Origin: a virus
Lineage: Duplodnaviria; Caudoviricetes
Reading direction: 5' to 3' (one strand)
Virus record (IMG/VR): IMGVR_UViG_3300031519_000212
Span: 1-24,450 of that record
Length of the DNA: 24,450 nt
The first letter of the stretch is position 1; each line of letters opens with the position of its first letter. The translations under genes and the position numbers were made by a program. The notes under the pieces were generated by a model, which was not told the DNA's origin, made no database searches, and saw only the letters and a list, made by a program, of their open reading frames with translations. This document shows positions 8,549 through 18,032 of the stretch, in pieces.

Positions 8549-9787
8549 TTATGAGTAGATATAAATGTCTCCAGCGTCATCCCCACTCCCAGAGATGGTG
8601 TAGATGTTTCCAATCTGAGCTAAAGCGCTTGTTTGACCTGAAGCTGCGCCTGAATGAACCGTAGAAACCCAAGCGTCAGGAGAGAATCCGCCACCAGCAA
8701 CAGAGGCATCGCCATCCGCGTAGTCAACACCGAAACGTCCATTTTCTTGAGATTGATCCCATCCAAACACTTTGTTGACATTACCAGTGAAAACGATACC
8801 AGCATCTACGTTGGTAGCGCCACCGCTATTTAACGCAATGAATGTGTCTTCAACCAACAAGTTGGCTGTGTCGAGAGTCGTTGTAGATCCGTTTACAATA
8901 AGGTCACCCGCAATGGTTACAGACTGATCGTCTGAAATCGTCATCGCAGTCACAAGGGTGTTTGCGGATGAACCAGTTGAGCCTGATGGAGTACTCGTTT
9001 TAAATACAATATCACCTCCAGCCCCAGTACCCGTACCAGCACCGCCAACAATGGTCAAGGCAGATCCAGCGGCGTCGTCGCCAGAACCTGCATTTCCGCC
9101 AACTTTACTAAGCGCAATATTAGCGTCTAGATTAACGGTTGGAGTACTTGTGCCAGACGTTACACCGATGTTGGTTCCGCCAATAACCTCAGTTACTGTA
9201 CCAGAACCAGAAGCCAGAACCTGGGCATCGACGTAAGCCTTAATTGACTGCTGAGTAGCAAGGGATGTAGCTGAATCACCAGACAGGTCATCTTCGTCAA
9301 GGATTGCTACCTGAGCAACAGCGGCTGTGGCTCCTGTGACATTACCAAGAACCTTCATGGTACTGATGTGACCAAGCTTCCCAGCAAGTACACCTGTAAC
9401 CGCATTGGTTGCGTCTGGAATGTCGAATACGATCGCATCCGAATCTTGGGTAATAACGATTGGAGAGTTAGTTGCCTCCTCAAACGATACGCTATCGTCT
9501 ACGGTATTTCCAGTAAGAGATAAGACAACCTCACCACCTACTGTGTCAGCCTGAACCTGGTATGTGTTGTTAGGAACAGCTGTCAGAAAGGCGGTTGAGT
9601 TAAATGCGTTGTCGCCAAACGCCATTTCAGCAACCGTCAATGCACCCTCCGTGCCGCCATCTGTAGCGGAAACAACGACGTTTACTGTTCCGCCAGCGGA
9701 AACGTCGGTGCCTTCGCCTAAAGTTGCGGTTACTGTACCTACCGTTATGTTTGCGTCCTCAACGAGGACCTTTTTCCATGCTGCCAT
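8549..9787 (-). CDS. Tail fibre protein (412 aa)
   Basis: G/T/A/S/V-rich with aquatic-phage fibre motifs ILDEDDLSGDSATSLATQQSIKAYVD and GDLIVNGSTTTLDTANLLVED; N-terminus MAAWKKVLV. Confidence 0.8.
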   Translation of the reverse strand: MAAWKKVLVEDANITVGTVTATLGEGTDVSAGGTVNVVVSATDGGTEGALTVAEMAFGDNAFNSTAFLTAVPNNTYQVQADTVGGEVVLSLTGNTVDDSVSFEEATNSPIVITQDSDAIVFDIPDATNAVTGVLAGKLGHISTMKVLGNVTGATAAVAQVAILDEDDLSGDSATSLATQQSIKAYVDAQVLASGSGTVTEVIGGTNIGVTSGTSTPTVNLDANIALSKVGGNAGSGDDAAGSALTIVGGAGTGTGAGGDIVFKTSTPSGSTGSSANTLVTAMTISDDQSVTIAGDLIVNGSTTTLDTANLLVEDTFIALNSGGATNVDAGIVFTGNVNKVFGWDQSQENGRFGVDYADGDASVAGGGFSPDAWVSTVHSGAASGQTSALAQIGNIYTISGSGDDAGDIYIYS

Positions 9788-9816
9788 GATTCAACTGTTT
9801 TCGTTTGTTTATAGCG

Positions 9817-9824
9817 CAAATATA
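9817..9824 (-). promoter_or_regulatory. -7 promoter element TATATTTG
   Basis: Intergenic TAnnTTTG about 30 nt upstream of ATG 9787. Confidence 0.7.
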
Positions 9825-9839
9825 CGTAAAATCAAATAC

Positions 9840-10328
9840 TTACTCCGTGCTTACTCCAAAGTACAAATCGTCAGCGTCATCAGCATACATACCCCCAGCA
9901 AAAGCCGTTGGAGGAGTGGCTGTGTGATCAAATTGCTTAAACTCTACAAGACCGTCCAGATTAATCTTTCCAGTACCCGTTGGGGTGAACTGAATATCAG
10001 AACCGCTATTGGAGTTTACTATGGATCTTGTTGTACCGTTATAAAAGACATCAAGGTTTCCGCCAAGCTGAGGAGACGTATCGTCATGCACGTTTGAACC
10101 TGAACCTATCTCCGTCCAGTTACCAGCGGTTGACCACCCGCCACCGTTGTATACGTATGGGGTGCTACCAACTATAGCCAAGTATCCAGTCACCTGAAGT
10201 CCAGCAGCTAGATTGTTCCTGTCCGAAATAGAAGAGAAAAAACCAAAACCCACAATCTGGTTGCCCGTTGCATTTACAATAGGCGCGTTTGCGTTATTAT
10301 GGGATACTGGTCCTGGAAAAATTGGCAT
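9840..10328 (-). CDS. Fibre-associated structural protein (162 aa)
   Basis: Contains the fibre motif DDTSPQLGGNLDV...TPTGTGKI; start overlaps the upstream stop (TAATG). Confidence 0.7.
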   Translation of the reverse strand: MPIFPGPVSHNNANAPIVNATGNQIVGFGFFSSISDRNNLAAGLQVTGYLAIVGSTPYVYNGGGWSTAGNWTEIGSGSNVHDDTSPQLGGNLDVFYNGTTRSIVNSNSGSDIQFTPTGTGKINLDGLVEFKQFDHTATPPTAFAGGMYADDADDLYFGVSTE

Positions 10329-11563
10329 TAGAAATCTACTTTTAATGTCTGACCAAGAGCAAAAGCATCATCGTAGGTGCTTCTGTAGAATCGGTAAGAC
10401 GTTGTTACACCATAGTCGTTTGTTAAATTATAATTTACTGGTGATTCAAAGTCACTAAGAACATCTGTAACTCCCTGAAGGAGTATTTGGTTTGGAGCCC
10501 CCCAAGCGTTCGGGTATGCAATCCAAGTATATTTTCCTTGAGTGTCCATACCTGCGTCGCCACTTGTTTGAAAGTCTCCTTGAGAAACCAGGTCATCAAA
10601 GGGAGCTGTAAGTTGAGCCCATAGAGCAGCGGCATCATCGTCCGAAGCTATAGCAGTAGACGTACTTGATCCTATCCTGACCCTAAAGTACCACCTAAAG
10701 CTCATGCTTCCGCTGGTGATCGTGTTGTTAGATCCGCTTCCGTTATCAATAGCGGTAACCTTATAAGACCTCGTGGATTGAGATGTTAAATCTCTAGTTA
10801 TTGTTGTCGCTAGTGTTTTGGCTGCGTTATCATCAGAGAATCCGCTTTCAAGAACGCTGTTATTCTCATAAAAGACAACAGAAGTATCAGCAGTTTGCGT
10901 ATTGTCTCCGATGTTGTAATCAAAACCCTGTATCTTAATGCCTTGACCAACCTCAACGTCTTCTCCGTTCGTGTCATTAACAAATGAAGCGTATGAGCCG
11001 TCAGTATTTTGAAGAGCTATGCTTACATTCTGAAGGGATATACTTGTTATGTTGTATTTCTCTAGAATATCTCTAACCACAGTTTCAAGAGATGTGCCAG
11101 AAGCTATGGGGCTGCTCATGTGAGCAAACGCAGCGTCGTTATTAGTAATGGTTATAGCGGAAGTCAGGACAGGATTTCCTCCGTCTACACCATCGGTGCC
11201 ATCGACTCCGTCCGAACCATCCGAACCAGCAGGACCAGTAGGCCCCGTGGGACCAGTGGGACCAGTAGCTCCAGCCGAGCCATCCGAACCGTCAGCCCCA
11301 TCAGAGCCAGCAGGTCCTTGAGCGCCAGCAGGCCCCGTATCACCCTGAGCACCAGCAGGTCCTTGAGCGCCCGTAGGTCCAGCGGCCCCAGTAGCTCCAG
11401 CAGGTCCAGCGCCAATAGCTCCAGCTACCGTTACATTATTTGCTGCCGTCTGATTTATTCTTACTATTTTGGTCTCTGTTGTGTTTACAATAGAAACCTT
11501 TATCAGCCCTCCAGTAGAGCTAGATACAATTATTTTAGAAGGCTGGTCTACGCTTAATGGCAT
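10328..11563 (-). CDS. Collagen-like fibre protein (411 aa)
   Basis: About 25 consecutive Gly-X-Y triplets (GPAGATGAAGPTGAQ...GVDGTDGVDG) followed by beta-rich, probably Ig-like domains. Confidence 0.85.
   Translation of the reverse strand: MPLSVDQPSKIIVSSSTGGLIKVSIVNTTETKIVRINQTAANNVTVAGAIGAGPAGATGAAGPTGAQGPAGAQGDTGPAGAQGPAGSDGADGSDGSAGATGPTGPTGPTGPAGSDGSDGVDGTDGVDGGNPVLTSAITITNNDAAFAHMSSPIASGTSLETVVRDILEKYNITSISLQNVSIALQNTDGSYASFVNDTNGEDVEVGQGIKIQGFDYNIGDNTQTADTSVVFYENNSVLESGFSDDNAAKTLATTITRDLTSQSTRSYKVTAIDNGSGSNNTITSGSMSFRWYFRVRIGSSTSTAIASDDDAAALWAQLTAPFDDLVSQGDFQTSGDAGMDTQGKYTWIAYPNAWGAPNQILLQGVTDVLSDFESPVNYNLTNDYGVTTSYRFYRSTYDDAFALGQTLKVDF
11180..11410 (-). repeat. Collagen G-X-Y coding repeat
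   Basis: 9-nt periodic repeats such as ccagcaggtccttgagcgcc; boundaries approximate. Confidence 0.85.
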
Positions 11564-11569
11564 GGCTAA

Positions 11570-11953
11570 TTATTCAGTTGTTATAGAAACATCTTCATTA
11601 ACCTTGAATGTGCCATAAATTAAAGTTACTACAACCCCAGTATCTGTTTCTTGCTCGATATCATAAACGTACAACCCCGAAAGGACATCTTTCATGACGC
11701 TCGCGGCCACAGTAAACTCTATATGAGTGGTAGCCGTAGGGTCTACACCTGTAACTGGAGCTACGTCAATAACGGTTGCTGTATCATTAGTATCTGCATC
11801 ACGCACCTGCATAAGAAACGAATCCGTCGCCAAAAACGACCCTAACGAAGGATCCGTTGCGTCTGTCAACGTTAGCCTAAGAGAGAAGGTATCACCCCTT
11901 CTACAGGTGATGTCTACGCGCTGAGACGTGTCTAAGTTTATTTGTGTAGCCAT
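11570..11953 (-). CDS. Small Ig-like structural protein (BppU-N-like fibre anchor candidate)
   Basis: The pattern RGDTF...YVYDIE...LIYGTFKV is typical of such small beta-sandwich virion proteins; lies between the portal and the collagen fibre. Confidence 0.6.
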   Translation of the reverse strand: MATQINLDTSQRVDITCRRGDTFSLRLTLTDATDPSLGSFLATDSFLMQVRDADTNDTATVIDVAPVTGVDPTATTHIEFTVAASVMKDVLSGLYVYDIEQETDTGVVVTLIYGTFKVNEDVSITTE

Positions 11954-11954
11954 G

Positions 11955-14402
11955 TTATAGTCCTCCTAATAGTTGTGAATCCATACCTGTAGGCTCTGAG
12001 TCGTCTGGCAGCTCACCTCTCTTTTCTTGTCTCTGAGAAAGTAACTTGCTCTGCTCAACCGCCTGCTTTTTTACTCGATCGTCTTTTCGGTCTTCTTTTA
12101 ATACCTCAAGCTTCTGCTTAAAGTTCTCGTCGTCCTCTTTAAATCCAAGCGTAGCCTGAGCTTTAATCATTTCAATCTCTTTTCTAAATTCATGCTTAAC
12201 ACTCTCCAGCTGTGCCTCTAGCTGAGCTTTAAGCTGCATTTCCTGAGTAGCAATCTGAGCCTCCATTTGCATTTCCTGCATCTTGCCTTGAGACGCAGCC
12301 TGAGCAGAAGCTTGCTGGATCTGAGCTTGTTGCTGAGAGTTCTGCATGGCGATCTGCTGGTTCATAGCGATACGCTTCTTTCGGCGAACCACTAACAGCC
12401 TCTCCGCTTGGTTAACATCTTTAAGCTGTCTCACAGCCATAGCATCTTCTAAATCAAGCTCTTTTTGAGATAGAGAAATCTGGATATTTTGCTCCAAATA
12501 CTGCTTCTCAGTCTCCTCCATTTCCTTCACTACGTTAACTCCGAAGTTGTACATAGACAGATTTCGGAAAGAAGAAAGAACTCGCATGTTCTCTTTACCG
12601 ATAGCGTTCTCGTAAACGCGGTAAAGAATTGACTCTGGGTGAATTACCTGCAAACACTTAACTACATCCTGGCAAACCTTCTTGTATAGAACCATAGAAG
12701 AGTTAGTAATATCGTATATAGCGTTGTTACCAGCAGCCAAAGCTTGCTGACGAACCCCTACAAGCGCATCCCCTTTAGGGGAAGTGGCGTCCATAACTTC
12801 GTTAATCCCTGTAGCATCGCGGATCATACGTAAGTAATGGTTGTACAAACCTATAAGCTCGTTTACATTTCTAATACTGTTGCCTATCTCGCGGATAGGT
12901 GGGTTCTGAAAACCTCCCTCTGGGTTCTTACTTCTATAATAGAAGACACCCGTCTGCTCGTAGATATCATGAAGTTCCAAAGGCTGGAGCTCGCCTCCTT
13001 TTCCTAACTGGACATTCTCTAATCCTTCGATATCAATGATAATCCCGTCAGGCTTAGCCTTCGCAACCGATTGCTGTAGCTTTAAGTGAGCCAATTGAAT
13101 CTGATCCGCAAACCCGATACAGCTATCTACCATAGACTTAGGCATCATCTTAAGCATATTCGTAGCGCAAGCAGAATAAGAAAGGGTAGCTTTAGAAATA
13201 TCGTGGACGTTCTTAGGTATGTTAACCTCTTTACCGTAGTTGAATAGGAAATCAGTGCCAAGAACGTAGCAACCGCCATAGATGACCGCGTTCTCAAGCT
13301 TCTCTACAGACCGCTCATACACAGAGTTTAAAGGGGCTTTATAATTGTCCCCTTTCATATAAAACCCTTGGTTGCCGTACTTGCTTTCTTTCTCTTCGAA
13401 ATAGATACAGTCCACAGCAGTAAATTCAAAATCAAGAACCTCGATCATGTATTCGTCAAACCCGTAGTTCGACGCATTATTATAAGCGTCGTAAGAAGAT
13501 TGGTTTAGCTTAGAAGCATCATAACCGTATTTCTTCTGAGCTTGCTTAGCAATTTCTTTATATTCTTCGTCCGTAAACTGATCAGAAGCAATCCGTCGAA
13601 GCTCCTGGATAGGCATTCTTCTTACGTGACCAGCATATACCAAGTCAGAAAAACTAGGGTCTTCTGTGTAGCTATGTATAAAGTTCGCTGGGTCTACGTA
13701 GTCGGTCTTAATTCCGTAAGAGGGATCGTTAGATCTTTTGATAACCGCCATGCCTATCGTAGCCATGTCGTTGACGGATCTGCGATAAATCGTATCGTTA
13801 AAATCATTCCAAGACAGCGTCATGTTTGTAGCTATCTGCGCTGCAATCTCAGAAGAAGACTTGATGTTGTTCTCAAGGAAAATTTCGGCCTCTTCTAATG
13901 TCTCTGGGACAGAATCAAGATCGCCCGCTACATCAACCCCCGTTTTTTGCTTAATTTGACGAAGGGTTTCTTTCTGCTGAATCAACATCTCTGTCTTTCG
14001 TCTTTCGGCGTCTTTTTCAGAAGAAGAGAGAGGATCAATAGCCTCTAAGTTAGGATACGGAGATAGAGATAAGATCTTGTTTACTACAATGCGAACAAAT
14101 TTTGGAAGGATTGGAACAGGGGTAAAGTCAAGGTTAAGCATGCTGCCGTCCCCATTATTAGGGTCTAGCGTATTAAGTAGCTGCTTATAAATCTTAGTGT
14201 CCTGGGTTCCGTTAGCGTAGTCTCTATTTCGCGCAAAAACCTTAGATCTTTTATTATATAACCCTCCCTCTTGGTCTACGTTCCCCCACTGCTTGTATAT
14301 AGCTTTCGCATAGCTAAGGCCATACTCCTTTCCTTCTTTTACCTGTGCTGATGCGAGCGGGTCGGGGAATCCAGAAGCACTTTTACCTTTATCGTTGTAC
14401 AT
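11955..14402 (-). CDS. Portal protein
   Basis: 815 aa directly after the terminase. Motifs LNLDFTPVPILPKFV and IRDATGINE, plus a Q-rich C-terminal coiled-coil barrel as in P22/crAss-like portals. Confidence 0.88.
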   Translation of the reverse strand: MYNDKGKSASGFPDPLASAQVKEGKEYGLSYAKAIYKQWGNVDQEGGLYNKRSKVFARNRDYANGTQDTKIYKQLLNTLDPNNGDGSMLNLDFTPVPILPKFVRIVVNKILSLSPYPNLEAIDPLSSSEKDAERRKTEMLIQQKETLRQIKQKTGVDVAGDLDSVPETLEEAEIFLENNIKSSSEIAAQIATNMTLSWNDFNDTIYRRSVNDMATIGMAVIKRSNDPSYGIKTDYVDPANFIHSYTEDPSFSDLVYAGHVRRMPIQELRRIASDQFTDEEYKEIAKQAQKKYGYDASKLNQSSYDAYNNASNYGFDEYMIEVLDFEFTAVDCIYFEEKESKYGNQGFYMKGDNYKAPLNSVYERSVEKLENAVIYGGCYVLGTDFLFNYGKEVNIPKNVHDISKATLSYSACATNMLKMMPKSMVDSCIGFADQIQLAHLKLQQSVAKAKPDGIIIDIEGLENVQLGKGGELQPLELHDIYEQTGVFYYRSKNPEGGFQNPPIREIGNSIRNVNELIGLYNHYLRMIRDATGINEVMDATSPKGDALVGVRQQALAAGNNAIYDITNSSMVLYKKVCQDVVKCLQVIHPESILYRVYENAIGKENMRVLSSFRNLSMYNFGVNVVKEMEETEKQYLEQNIQISLSQKELDLEDAMAVRQLKDVNQAERLLVVRRKKRIAMNQQIAMQNSQQQAQIQQASAQAASQGKMQEMQMEAQIATQEMQLKAQLEAQLESVKHEFRKEIEMIKAQATLGFKEDDENFKQKLEVLKEDRKDDRVKKQAVEQSKLLSQRQEKRGELPDDSEPTGMDSQLLGGL

Positions 14403-14432
14403 TTACCGTTAGTGTTGCGAGATTAGCTCTTG

Positions 14433-14440
14433 CAAATATA
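14433..14440 (-). promoter_or_regulatory. -7 promoter element TATATTTG for the portal operon
   Basis: TAnnTTTG in the 44-nt terminase-portal gap. Confidence 0.7.
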
Positions 14441-14446
14441 GTAAAA

Positions 14447-16573
14447 CTACAAGTGCCAGGTTTTCGGCTTAAAAGTCCTAAAGAACTGCTTCTCGTTAAA
14501 GTCAGCCTTAGGCTTTTCTTTCTTTGTTTTCTGAGCACCAAGTAGCGCTAGTCCAGAGCTGATAGTCAAGTCAAACTTAGTCCTCTTGTCTATTTTGTAC
14601 CCAATCCAATCTTCTAAAGTCTTGTTAAAGTACATGTTACCAAACTCAGCAGACTCTGGCTTTATCCCTACGTGATCATGAATGTAAGCCTCGATAGCCT
14701 GAGCGTGAGACTGGATAACGTCCTGAGAGTTAGACGGGATCCCTTTAGTCCTAACATTTACAGAAGAGTTGCCAGTTTTAAGGTGGTCTGGCCTATCCAT
14801 TAGATACCCATCATAACCTCTTGCTTCAAAGTACCGCACGATGCCGTATTTGTTGTTCTCCACAAGTAAAGGGTATCCATAAAAAAAAGAGCACATAAGG
14901 ACGTCTTCGTAGAAAATACTTGCTAAGTCTGGACGAGAAGCATACTCTACTACAAACATATTTGCGGGGACATCCATGTTAAACTTATTGTACATATGGA
15001 GGGCTCCTTTAGATCCGCGACCGTCTACAGTAGAGTCTAGATCGTATGAGTCAACACCGCCTACACCAATGTGTTTGTTAGGGGCGATTTTCTTACCTCT
15101 TTCGTCAGCTTTGTTATTCCTAAGATGATCAGGCGGCATCCAGGCAACTCGGAACCGTCCATTTGGATCTGGAGAGAACACTACTTCTTCGTCTTTCTTT
15201 CGCCATACAAAATTACCCTGTACAACAGGATTAGGGTATAGGTCGTCATTAAACTCTATCTGCTGATAGATCTTACCTATATTAAATAAGCTTCCTTCTA
15301 TGCTGTCCCTAAACGCCTCGTCTGTAGTGAAAGGGAACTGCCTAATAACCTCGTTGAGCTCCGAGGGGTCATCTTTAAAGGATTTACGATCGTTTTTTAA
15401 GTAAGTCTTACTGCCCTGGTCAATCATTTCCCCGTCAATACCCTCTATGGGTTTTTCTGGATCTTCTATAACTGGGTTACCGTGCTTATCGAAGAAACCT
15501 TCGAGAGCTTCGTAAGCGGGAATAAAGATCCTATACATGCCAGATCTCGTTCGTCCGTTATCGTTTCTTTGAGACGGATCAGAGTCATCCCACAAATCTT
15601 TATATTCATCTCCTCCCTTACTCATTGGGTTTACGGTACTCCCCACAAGAGCCTTCCCTACAATACGTTTACCTACAATTAAGCAAGTTCTCTCTACGCG
15701 CCACGCCTCACGAATGTCGGTAGGCTTCTCCCACTTGCCAGCCTCATCGAGGTATAACATATGCAGCTTCTCCCCGTCATAAGCGTTGTTTGTGGTGTTC
15801 TTCCAGTTAATACTGCTGTTCAGGGCGTCTCCTTTATAGGATGTCTTATTGTTTTTGGTGATACGCTTAGAAGGCTCTCTAAAAGCAAGCTCCATACGTG
15901 GATTTGTGGTACCGTCCTGGATAGGTTTAAAGAAAAACGGGTAGCCTCTAAAGATAGAGACCACTTTCTTCATGAAGATGTTTTCCTGAGCGTCTTTACC
16001 AGTCTTCGACTGAATACCAAGAAGTTTCTCTTTAACCTGACTAGCTTCGTCAACAAGTACAGCACTACAGACATTAGTGTACCCAGAACGGCGACACTTA
16101 GTATAAAGCTGACCGAAACAACGAGTATCAGCTTCACACGCAGCCATGTGGACATAGATTTCTCTTTGGAATTGTAAGAATTGAGGATATCCGACATCGA
16201 TTTTAGACCATTGTAGAAACATATAGTGCCGCCCTGTAATATACGTAGGGATGCCATTATTGTAAAACCAAACACCGTCACGGCGACGCTGAAACTCTTG
16301 TTCGATATAAGCAGAAAACTTCTTACGGAACTCACTCGGTTTTTCGTGCCACTCATCCATACTTCGAACCCTTTGCATTTCCTCAGGCATTGGTATCCTT
16401 GTCCACAACTGCATGTGCTTTGGCCGATCATGGAAGAGAATCTTCGATCGGGGTGGTTTCTTTGGAAGGACAACGAGAAGCCCATGTAGTTCGATAGCCT
16501 CTCCCTCTGTACCGTTAGGGTCGATCTTAATCCCTTGATCTTCATAACCTTCTATGTCTATAAGGATGGACAT
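14447..16573 (-). CDS. terL: Terminase large subunit
   Basis: 708 aa. Walker A-like KCRRSGYT, Walker B LYLDEAGKW, coupling motif GST, and RNase H-like nuclease motifs GGVDSYD, LVENN and FDLTISSG. Confidence 0.93.
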   Translation of the reverse strand: MSILIDIEGYEDQGIKIDPNGTEGEAIELHGLLVVLPKKPPRSKILFHDRPKHMQLWTRIPMPEEMQRVRSMDEWHEKPSEFRKKFSAYIEQEFQRRRDGVWFYNNGIPTYITGRHYMFLQWSKIDVGYPQFLQFQREIYVHMAACEADTRCFGQLYTKCRRSGYTNVCSAVLVDEASQVKEKLLGIQSKTGKDAQENIFMKKVVSIFRGYPFFFKPIQDGTTNPRMELAFREPSKRITKNNKTSYKGDALNSSINWKNTTNNAYDGEKLHMLYLDEAGKWEKPTDIREAWRVERTCLIVGKRIVGKALVGSTVNPMSKGGDEYKDLWDDSDPSQRNDNGRTRSGMYRIFIPAYEALEGFFDKHGNPVIEDPEKPIEGIDGEMIDQGSKTYLKNDRKSFKDDPSELNEVIRQFPFTTDEAFRDSIEGSLFNIGKIYQQIEFNDDLYPNPVVQGNFVWRKKDEEVVFSPDPNGRFRVAWMPPDHLRNNKADERGKKIAPNKHIGVGGVDSYDLDSTVDGRGSKGALHMYNKFNMDVPANMFVVEYASRPDLASIFYEDVLMCSFFYGYPLLVENNKYGIVRYFEARGYDGYLMDRPDHLKTGNSSVNVRTKGIPSNSQDVIQSHAQAIEAYIHDHVGIKPESAEFGNMYFNKTLEDWIGYKIDKRTKFDLTISSGLALLGAQKTKKEKPKADFNEKQFFRTFKPKTWHL

Positions 16574-16761
16574 TAATAGCTACTACCTAACTTATTCATA
16601 CGCCCTAAACTAGGGACACCCTTCTTAGGGTTGGTAAGCTTCATCTGGGATCCGCATTCGCAAGTACCTTCGACGTAATAAGCTTTGTCGTCCTTCACTC
16701 GCATAGTAAGGCTCTTCTCGTATTTTTCTTTCCCGCAATCGGGACAGTATAAGTCTGGCAT
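16573..16761 (-). CDS. Small zinc-ribbon protein (62 aa)
   Basis: CPDC...CECG cysteine pairs; translationally coupled to terL (TAATG). Confidence 0.7.
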   Translation of the reverse strand: MPDLYCPDCGKEKYEKSLTMRVKDDKAYYVEGTCECGSQMKLTNPKKGVPSLGRMNKLGSSY

Positions 16762-16779
16762 AATTCTAAATTTAATTTG

Positions 16780-16853
<74 letters not shown>

Positions 16854-16925
16854 ATGTAAACTACCTTAAAGTTTTGGTTTAAGTAATCGTCGCTAATTGT
16901 CTGATTGTCAGAATAATAACTAAAG

Positions 16926-17216
16926 TTACTTGGAGAACCTTTCTGCAAAACCACCTGAATAATCTTTTTGTTCTTCGATTTCTCCATTTTCTTTTAATTC
17001 TTTTACCATCTGTTCTAGTTTCTGGCGCTCCACCAAAAGCTCTTTACAATCAATAGCCGTTTGCTTTATGGATTGGAGCTCGGCCTTACGTGCGCTACCT
17101 CCAGCTTCTGGATCGACAGGCTTCTTGACTTCCTCAATCATATTATTGATTGCGACCTCCATGCTTGACATAAGGCGCTGAGAGGCATCTATTGTAGTGA
17201 ATTTAGATTTCGACAT
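16926..17216 (-). CDS. Helical protein, candidate terminase small subunit
   Basis: 96 aa coiled-coil protein ending GGFAERFSK, shortly upstream of terL; function inferred from position only. Confidence 0.45.
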   Translation of the reverse strand: MSKSKFTTIDASQRLMSSMEVAINNMIEEVKKPVDPEAGGSARKAELQSIKQTAIDCKELLVERQKLEQMVKELKENGEIEEQKDYSGGFAERFSK

Positions 17217-17787
17217 ACATCAGGTCTTCTGCGCGAGTTCTATAATACTCTTTCTCGTCAATAGTAACGCGGTAATCCATGTTCTTTCGAAAGCCTACTA
17301 CATCTCCTACTTTAGCTCCTACATCCTCAATCCAAGGAGCCGTAAACGCGACACGACCCTTTGTAACAGGGACCTCTGAGAATTTAACCAGCTCGATAGT
17401 ATCCGACTCTTGAACTTTCTCTTCTTCGACGGGCTCAAGAAGGCTCCAACCCGCAAGAGGGTGTATATCCCCAGTATGCTGATCTTTATAAGCAATAGCC
17501 TGATTATTAATAGTATGCTCTGGATCAAAGCGAACAGTATAGTGATTATGCTCTCCAGTAAGTAGCTGACCTTCGTTAAGCACCACGAGATGATGGAAAT
17601 AGAGCGTGTCCCCAACCTCAACCCCTGTATCGTGTTTAAAAGGCGCCGCCACAACGGGACCTTCTTGGATTCTGTTTTCAAATTCATTAAATTTAGTATC
17701 TATAAAAAGTTCTAACCCTCCAGGGGTCGTCATCGTGTCCTCAAGCTGTTTGTCTAGCTTGACGATAAATAAGTCGAATGTTCTCAT
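17203..17787 (-). CDS. Tandem GroES/Cpn10-like co-chaperonin
   Basis: Two GroES-like units: FIVK...TTPGGLEL...GPVVAAP...VEVGDTLYF and IHPLAGWSLLEP...KGRVAF...AKVGDVVGF...VTIDEKEYYRTRAEDLM. Confidence 0.75.
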   Translation of the reverse strand: MRTFDLFIVKLDKQLEDTMTTPGGLELFIDTKFNEFENRIQEGPVVAAPFKHDTGVEVGDTLYFHHLVVLNEGQLLTGEHNHYTVRFDPEHTINNQAIAYKDQHTGDIHPLAGWSLLEPVEEEKVQESDTIELVKFSEVPVTKGRVAFTAPWIEDVGAKVGDVVGFRKNMDYRVTIDEKEYYRTRAEDLMYVEI

Positions 17788-17790
17788 CAA

Positions 17791-18027
17791 TTAAAAATTC
17801 AGATCAAACTCTAACATACAAGGCATCTCATCGATTGCTTTCCAAAGGACTGTCCCTTCTTCGTTCTCAATGTACACCAAGTATCTCTTCTTTCCAAATT
17901 TAACGAGTGTTCTTTCGTCTTCTAAAATAGCAGAAACTTTTCCGTCTCCCGCTCGCATGCCTGTATAGTAAGCCATGCCGTTTTTAGGGTCTTTCCCTAC
18001 GATTATTTTTCTAATAAGCCCTTCCAT
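17791..18027 (-). CDS. Conserved-looking hypothetical phage protein (78 aa)
   Basis: Tightly packed ORF IRKIIVGKDPKNGMAYYTG in an operon with the GroES-like gene. Confidence 0.7.
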   Translation of the reverse strand: MEGLIRKIIVGKDPKNGMAYYTGMRAGDGKVSAILEDERTLVKFGKKRYLVYIENEEGTVLWKAIDEMPCMLEFDLNF

Positions 18028-18032
18028 TGTAT

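Noticed and set aside
11180-11410. Tandem repeats as a CRISPR array or DGR template
   Set aside because: Fully explained by collagen G-X-Y coding; no spacers and no reverse transcriptase in the window.
474-16489. Many plus-strand ORFs antisense to structural genes (e.g. 9564..10097, 11120..11557, 15761..16177)
   Set aside because: Shadow frames of real minus-strand genes; no promoters or recognisable motifs.
15970-16545. 191-aa same-strand alternative-frame ORF inside terL with a long hydrophobic stretch (embedded holin/spanin?)
   Set aside because: The hydrophobicity is expected from T-ending terL codons read out of frame. There is no lipobox or separate initiation signal.
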